Below, piece after piece: positions 58,494 through 64,000 of a DNA stretch of 64,000 nt (position 1 is its first letter; every line of letters begins with the position of its first letter). The position numbers were made by a program, and so were the translations under genes. The notes beneath the pieces are model-generated. The model saw only the letters and a program-made list of their open reading frames with translations. It had not been told where the DNA came from and did no database searches. The DNA is taken from contig JARKSN010000316.1 in the NCBI GenBank assembly GCA_029974275.1, positions 8,125 to 72,124 of the forward strand. The letters run 5' to 3'. The DNA is from Candidatus Hydrogenedentota bacterium (GTDB lineage Bacteria; Hydrogenedentota; Hydrogenedentia; Hydrogenedentales; SLHB01).

Positions 58494-59204
58494 CTAGGGA
58501 TTACGAGGCAGCGAAACAAGTCGCTCCTGGCCATGCGGATCAGCACTGGCCAAAAGATGACGCGTCACGTCCGCCAGCGAATCGTACACGGCCTCCGGTT
58601 CGAGCGCCTCGAGGACTGCACGGGTGGCGTACCCCGTCGTTACGCACAAACAGCGAGCGCCTGCCGCGTGCGCGGCCAGCACGTCAAAATGCGTGTCGCC
58701 GACAAATGCCATCGCGTGCGCCGGAACGCCAAGCGCCTCGGCGGAAGCCAGCACCGCTGCCGGGTGCGGCTTCGGATGATTCACTTCGCGCGGACCAATG
58801 CGCGACTCGAAAAAATCCAGCACTCCCAAATGCGCAAGAATCCTTTCCGAATACGTCCGCAGCTTGGAAGTCGCAAAACCAATGCGCATGCCCGATGCTC
58901 GAAGCTGCTCCAGCGCCTCGCGGGCTCCCGGGAGCAGAAAGGTCTTGTCGCACATCACCGACGCGTAGTACTCCCGATACACGCGCGCGCACGTCGCCGG
59001 ATCGCGCTTCGAAAACAGGGCGAACTGATCCTCAAGAAGGTGGCCAATAGTGCCCACAAGAGCGTCCCGTTCCGGTCGCGGCTCGCCCAGCGTGTCAAAG
59101 GTGTGGAAGAACGACTCCACGATTGCCTCGGTCGAATCGATGATCGTCCCGTCAAGATCGAAGGTTACGGCCAGAACGCGGTCGTGTCGTGCGGCATTGA
59201 GCAT
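58494..59204 (-). CDS. HAD-family hydrolase (phosphoglycolate-phosphatase-like)
   Basis: Motif I VTFDLDGTIIDS, and motifs II/III (GFATSK...FVGDTHFD). Confidence 0.85.
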   Translation of the reverse strand: MLNAARHDRVLAVTFDLDGTIIDSTEAIVESFFHTFDTLGEPRPERDALVGTIGHLLEDQFALFSKRDPATCARVYREYYASVMCDKTFLLPGAREALEQLRASGMRIGFATSKLRTYSERILAHLGVLDFFESRIGPREVNHPKPHPAAVLASAEALGVPAHAMAFVGDTHFDVLAAHAAGARCLCVTTGYATRAVLEALEPEAVYDSLADVTRHLLASADPHGQERLVSLPRNP

Positions 59205-59234
59205 GAGATGAAGAATCCAATGGTTGCGCCAGGC

Positions 59235-59849
59235 CTAATCGATGCGCACGCGGCGGCCTTCGATATGCACACGGCCTTCGGCGATGAGTTGAATGGCCCT
59301 GGGAAATAATTCGCGCTCGCAGGTCTGCACGCGCGCCGCAAGGGCGTCCGGAGTGTCGTCGTCAAGCACGGGCACGCTTGCTTGGAGGATGATCGGGCCG
59401 TGGTCGTACTGATCGTCGACAAAATGCACCGTTGCGCCGGTCAACTTCGCGCCATACGCGAGGACAGCTTCGTGCACGTAGTGGCCGTACATGCCTTTCC
59501 CGCAGAATGCCGGGATCAGCGCCGGGTGCACGTTGAGGATGCGCCCCGCGAAGTCCTTGGGCACTTCCAGCAGACTCATGAACCCTGCCAAAGCGACAAA
59601 GTCCACCGGGTGCTGGCGTACGGTCCGCCATAATGCCGCGTTGAAGTCCGCACTCGATGCAAAATCCTTGCGGTTGACGACAACGGCCGGGATGCCGTGC
59701 CTGCGTGCGCGTTCGATCCCATAGGCGTCCTGGCGAGAGCTGACGACGCACGTCACCCGCGCGCTCAATTCGCCGCGATCGATGCGATCGACGAGATTCT
59801 GCAGCGTTGTGCCGTTGCCCGAAAGCAGTACGGCGAGGTTTAGCGCCAT
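59235..59849 (-). CDS. purN: Phosphoribosylglycinamide formyltransferase
   Basis: LAVLLSGNGTTLQNL...ILNVHPALIPAFCGKG...HFVDDQYDHGPII. Confidence 0.9.
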   Translation of the reverse strand: MALNLAVLLSGNGTTLQNLVDRIDRGELSARVTCVVSSRQDAYGIERARRHGIPAVVVNRKDFASSADFNAALWRTVRQHPVDFVALAGFMSLLEVPKDFAGRILNVHPALIPAFCGKGMYGHYVHEAVLAYGAKLTGATVHFVDDQYDHGPIILQASVPVLDDDTPDALAARVQTCERELFPRAIQLIAEGRVHIEGRRVRID

Positions 59850-59870
59850 GCCCACTCCGTTTTCCGCGCG

Positions 59871-60707
59871 TCACTCCGGCCAGAGACCGGAGTAGACTTC
59901 CGTGGCGGGGCCTTCCTGGTAGACGCAGCCGTCGTCGGCCCATTCAATGGTGAGCGCGCCGTAGACGAGGCGCACGTCGACCCGGCGATCGACGCGCCCG
60001 GTGATCATGCTGGCCAGCGCCGAGCCGCACGATCCGCTGCCGCTGGCCATGGTGATGCCGCTGCCGCGCTCCCAGATGCGCATGACGATGGCGGCGTGAT
60101 CGATGACGCTGACGAACTCCACGTTCGTGCGCTGGGGGAACGCCGGATGATTCTCGATTTTCGGGCCAATCTCGGCAAGGTTGACGGCCGTGGCGTCGTC
60201 GACGAACACCACGGCATGCGGATTCCCGACGTTGGCGCAGGTGACTTTCACCTGGCAATCGCCAAGGTCGAGCGGCTCTTCAATCACGCGTCCAGGCGGG
60301 CCGATCATCGGAATTTCCGCGCGCTCGAACTTGGGCTTTCCCATGTTTGAACGAACCGTCAGGACGTTGCCGTCCCGAACATTCAAGCGCACGCGGTTTG
60401 GCCCGGCGAGCGTGTCAATGACAAAATCGGTCTTATGCGTCATGCCACGCTCGTACACGTACTTGGCGAAACAGCGGATGCCGTTGCCGCAGGTCTCGGC
60501 TTCGCTGCCATCGGCGTTGAATATCCGCATCCTGAAATCGCCCGACTCGCCCGGCAGCACGAGGATGATGCCGTCCGATCCGGCGCCCAGATGGCGGTGG
60601 CTCATCCGGCGGGACAACTCGGCGGGATCGGCGACCGCATATTTTTCGCCGTTTATAAAAAGATAATCGTTCCCCAGCCCGTGGAGTTTCGTGAATTCGA
60701 TGGCCAT
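59871..60707 (-). CDS. dapF: Diaminopimelate epimerase
   Basis: FTKLHGLGNDYLFING...GNGIRCFAKYV...SGSGSCGSA (the two catalytic Cys regions). Confidence 0.9.
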   Translation of the reverse strand: MAIEFTKLHGLGNDYLFINGEKYAVADPAELSRRMSHRHLGAGSDGIILVLPGESGDFRMRIFNADGSEAETCGNGIRCFAKYVYERGMTHKTDFVIDTLAGPNRVRLNVRDGNVLTVRSNMGKPKFERAEIPMIGPPGRVIEEPLDLGDCQVKVTCANVGNPHAVVFVDDATAVNLAEIGPKIENHPAFPQRTNVEFVSVIDHAAIVMRIWERGSGITMASGSGSCGSALASMITGRVDRRVDVRLVYGALTIEWADDGCVYQEGPATEVYSGLWPE

Positions 60708-60718
60708 ATCGTTGTCTT

Positions 60719-61735
60719 TCAGGAGTTGTTCTGGGCGTTTTCCGCAAACGCGATCGCGCCCAAAACCAAGCGTTCGATCAAGACGGGAAACGAAATGCCC
60801 GCCACCGCCGCCGCCTGCGGAAACAAGGAAGTCTCCGTCATTCCCGGAATCGTGTTGATCTCAAACCACACAGGTCCCCGGTCGGTCAGTATCATATCAC
60901 TGCGGCTCAGCCCGCGGCAACCAAGGGCGTCATGGGCCTTGACGGCATACTCTTGCACGAGGCCCGTCATGTCTTCCGGAATGCGTGCAGGCGTGATTTC
61001 TTCAGAAGCGCCCGGATCATACTTGGCGGCGTAATCGAAAAATTTCGACGTCAGCGGGCGTATTTCCGTCACGGGCAAAGCCCACGGGCGCCCCCCCGGA
61101 GCAACATCCATCACGCCGCACGTCAACTCGACGCCCTCTAGGAATTCCTCCACCAGAACGGTGTCGCCATACGAAAGCACGTCCAACAAGGCGGATTCAA
61201 AATGTTCCGCAGTGTCCGGAATGGCCATGCCAATGCTGGACCCCTGGCATGGGCTTTTGATCACGCAGGGAAAACCGATCCGCGTCGTGATCCGGGCGAT
61301 CGTCTCGTGCGGCACGGAGTCCCATTCGCGCCGCGTAATGATTTCATGCCGCGCCACGGGCACGCCCGCTTGGCTGACAACGGCCTTCGAACGTATCTTG
61401 TCCATGGCAAGGGCGCTGGCCGCGCAGCCCGGACCGGTGTACGGAATGCCAAGCATGTCGAACATCCCTTGAATGCGTCCGTCCTCGCCGAAAGGACCGT
61501 GCAGCGCGAGGAACACGCAGTCAATCCGCAACGCCATCAACTGGGGCAAGGCCTCATGCACATCGATGGCAGGCGTTCCGAGCAGTTTCCACTTTCCATT
61601 GCGCGTAATCGTGATGGGGGTGACGTTGAATTTGTCGCGATCGATGCTGCCAACGACCATCGCGCCGGTCTTCACCGAAACATCGTGTTCAGAACTGATG
61701 CCGCCCATCAGGACGGCCACGTGATGCTTTCTCAT
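60719..61735 (-). CDS. ddl: D-alanine--D-alanine ligase
   Basis: HVAVLMGGISSEHDVSVKTG...LHGPFGEDGRIQGMFDMLGIPYTG (ATP-grasp). Confidence 0.9.
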   Translation of the reverse strand: MRKHHVAVLMGGISSEHDVSVKTGAMVVGSIDRDKFNVTPITITRNGKWKLLGTPAIDVHEALPQLMALRIDCVFLALHGPFGEDGRIQGMFDMLGIPYTGPGCAASALAMDKIRSKAVVSQAGVPVARHEIITRREWDSVPHETIARITTRIGFPCVIKSPCQGSSIGMAIPDTAEHFESALLDVLSYGDTVLVEEFLEGVELTCGVMDVAPGGRPWALPVTEIRPLTSKFFDYAAKYDPGASEEITPARIPEDMTGLVQEYAVKAHDALGCRGLSRSDMILTDRGPVWFEINTIPGMTETSLFPQAAAVAGISFPVLIERLVLGAIAFAENAQNNS

Positions 61736-61901
61736 GTGCAGGGCCACTCCTCCCGCAAACCCACGCCGCTGCATTCTCCCGGCGCGCTATCGCCTCGCCG
61801 TCCCCTATCCATGACGTTCGCTATCGTGGGCGTTGGTGGCCACAGGATAGCACAAAAGCATTGTCGACGCGAAGAACTGAAAAAACGGGAGAATCCGGTA
61901 G

Positions 61902-63539
61902 CTACGTCGCAAGCTTGATGATACGCACTTTGCTGGGAGCATCCACGTGCGTATCGACGGAGCCGTCAGCGCGTTTGCGGTGCTGGACTTTGACCGGACC
62001 GAAGGGCGTGGCCATTGAGCCGCTGGCGTATTCGAGGTCGCCGAGATGCGGGCGCACGCGAACGGAAGCGCAGCCAGGTTCGACCGGCGCAAGGCCGAGC
62101 ACGTGTTCGATGAGCCATGCCGCCGGACCGCCCGCCCAGCCGTGACAAAAACTGTGGCGCAGGCCCTTGTAACAGTAGTTGCCGAAGTCGGCATGCAAGT
62201 CCTTCTTGCCCGGCGGGACGAGTTCGTCGATGCGTCCGGCGTTCTCGGTCCATTCGAGTTGGAAGTCTTCCCAGAACGTCGTTGCGCCGCAATCGAGCAT
62301 CGCGCCCCAGTATTTGCGAATGACGTCCAGCGCACCGGTATAATCGCCCGCAAGCGCCCGCGCCTGGAGGACGTAGTAGCCGTAAAAAGTGCTGAGATCG
62401 GACAGGGGATTCGCGGCAAGCGTTTCGCGGTTTGTTTTCTCTGCATCAGCCAAGCCTGCCAGGACAAGCATTGCATTCGCGACTTTTCGCGGCGAGGGCG
62501 GGGGGGCATATCGCCGCAACTGTTCCGCCGCCAACTGGCATGCCGCTTTCTCCTCGTCGGCGTCGAGAAGGTCGCACAACTCCGCGCCTGCGGCCATCGT
62601 CATCGTCATCAGCGCCTGCAAACCCACGTGGATCGCGCCAGGGTCCTCGCTCGACGGCCAATCGAGAAAACGTCCGCCCGTCAACTGCTCGCGCCCGTCT
62701 TCGGCGATATGCGTGCGCAGGTGTTTCAGCAGCGGCAACAGGTAATCTCGCTGTTTGCGCAGATAGCCGGCATCGCCGTGGAAACGGTGCCACGCATGAT
62801 GCACCAATACCCACCACATCGAATACGAACTGATGCCGTGCATCCACTCGGGCAGCGGCCAATGATCGCGGACATAGTCCAGCGTCTCCTCGACCACGCG
62901 CTGCCGCCCGAAGACGTTGCAGATCACCATCGTTTCGGGATGCAAATCGCCGATCCACGCCAGCCGGTCGCGTTTGATGCCGTCCCACACGAGGTCTTGC
63001 ATGCAGCAGTGCACGGTGTATGTCGCCGTGCGCCAGATGGCGTTCAAACGCTCGTCGTTGCATTCGAACGATCCCTGATATTCGATCGGGCGCATCAACG
63101 ACACCGCGCGCACATGCTTCAGTTCAAGCCGTTCGTTGGGTTCGACGAGATCGAGGCGCACGAAACGAAACCCCGTGTTGCCAATCTCCGTCTGACCGAA
63201 CCAGGGGATATCGCAGAGGGTGTTGTGGATTGCGTGGTCGTTGTCGGTATTACCCATGGCTTCACTGACCGATTCGCCAAAGCGCACGCGCACTTGTATG
63301 GGTTTGTGCGACGGCGTTATCGCATTCACGATCTGCACGCCTCCATGGAGTTCGCGCCCGAAATCCAGCAACAGGCCCGGCTCGCGACCGTCTTTGCTCT
63401 CCAGAATGCACATGCCCTCGCCCAACGTCAGCAACGAATCCGCGCCTTGCGGGGTCGCTGCTCCGTCCGTCGTCCATACCACGCGGGCGGGCGCAATATA
63501 CGTTCGTTCACGCGGGTCGCGGGCGGCGTTCGAATTCAT
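61902..63539 (-). CDS. Six-hairpin glycoside hydrolase, alpha-L-rhamnosidase (GH78)-like
   Basis: LVWDGIKRDRLAWIGDLHPE matches the GH78 catalytic (alpha/alpha)6 motif DG.KRDR..W.GD, with an N-terminal beta-sandwich. Confidence 0.6.
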   Translation of the reverse strand: MNSNAARDPRERTYIAPARVVWTTDGAATPQGADSLLTLGEGMCILESKDGREPGLLLDFGRELHGGVQIVNAITPSHKPIQVRVRFGESVSEAMGNTDNDHAIHNTLCDIPWFGQTEIGNTGFRFVRLDLVEPNERLELKHVRAVSLMRPIEYQGSFECNDERLNAIWRTATYTVHCCMQDLVWDGIKRDRLAWIGDLHPETMVICNVFGRQRVVEETLDYVRDHWPLPEWMHGISSYSMWWVLVHHAWHRFHGDAGYLRKQRDYLLPLLKHLRTHIAEDGREQLTGGRFLDWPSSEDPGAIHVGLQALMTMTMAAGAELCDLLDADEEKAACQLAAEQLRRYAPPPSPRKVANAMLVLAGLADAEKTNRETLAANPLSDLSTFYGYYVLQARALAGDYTGALDVIRKYWGAMLDCGATTFWEDFQLEWTENAGRIDELVPPGKKDLHADFGNYCYKGLRHSFCHGWAGGPAAWLIEHVLGLAPVEPGCASVRVRPHLGDLEYASGSMATPFGPVKVQHRKRADGSVDTHVDAPSKVRIIKLAT

Positions 63540-63621
63540 TGGGCCTCCATTGAATGTTGTGCGCGCATCGGTTTCGGGAAAAGGCAGGGGGATCCTTTTT
63601 CAAAAGAGATTCGCCCGGCGG

Positions 63622-63996
63622 CTATTGTTTTGTCTTCTTCTCCGTAATCAACACGGGCGTTCCCTCGGCAATGCGATCATACGCTTCGATGACATCATCA
63701 TTGCGCAGGCGGACGCAGCCGTGCGACGAAGGCGTGCCGATCTGGTCTTCGGCATTGGTGCCGTGGATATAGATGCACCGCGCCATGCTGTCGACTTTGC
63801 CGCCTTTGTTCTTGCCCGGCTCAAGACCGTCGAGAAACAACACCCGAGTGAGGACGAGATCGTCTCTCGCGTCGTCGCCCGGCTTCCATATCAGGGCGGT
63901 GGCTTTGCCGCCGCGAAACACGCGTCCCCACGGCTCGCCGTTGCCGGTCTTGCGCGCCACCACATGCCAGCCTAACGGAGTTTTGAGACTGTCCAT
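63622..63996 (-). CDS. L,D-transpeptidase catalytic domain (YkuD) protein; the N-terminus may lie beyond the window
   Basis: IYIHGTNAEDQIGTPSSHGCVRLRNDDV carries the H...SHGC.R active site. Confidence 0.8.
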   Translation of the reverse strand: MDSLKTPLGWHVVARKTGNGEPWGRVFRGGKATALIWKPGDDARDDLVLTRVLFLDGLEPGKNKGGKVDSMARCIYIHGTNAEDQIGTPSSHGCVRLRNDDVIEAYDRIAEGTPVLITEKKTKQ

Positions 63997-64000
63997 CTCC

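Overview
This is a 64 kb, high-GC (about 62-65%) bacterial chromosomal segment that is almost fully coding, with frequent 4-nt start/stop overlaps. It carries the replication-origin gene set in a rearranged layout: dnaA on the minus strand with a terminator and four phased DnaA boxes upstream, and recF-DUF721-gyrB-gyrA about 10 kb away on the plus strand. No dnaN is present in the window. Two things stand out. (1) A lower-GC BglII-like type II restriction-modification cassette (beta-class SPPY methyltransferase plus a D-x8-E-x-Q endonuclease) sits exactly between gyrB and gyrA. (2) A translationally coupled four-gene minus-strand operon (30290-40600) encodes two unknown proteins, a cytoplasmic CHAT (caspase-like His/Cys) protease-family protein, and a 2100-2240 aa single-pass membrane protein with Reg_prop-like beta-propeller repeats. 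I consider (2) the best candidate for an undescribed system. Other notable loci include an ATGA-coupled trio of crotonase, a secreted neutral-ceramidase-like/Ntn-hydrolase fusion protein and a membrane protein, and a partial tandem-QueD gene downstream of queE. The window also carries tRNA-Arg(CCG), pal plus a ybgF/cpoB-like gene, ruvA-methyltransferase-ruvB, an orphan HicB-like antitoxin, and purN-dapF-ddl. There are many secreted lipoproteins and three Gfo/Idh/MocA oxidoreductases. I found no rRNA, CRISPR array or transposase. Many long antisense ORFs in the track are high-GC frame artifacts.
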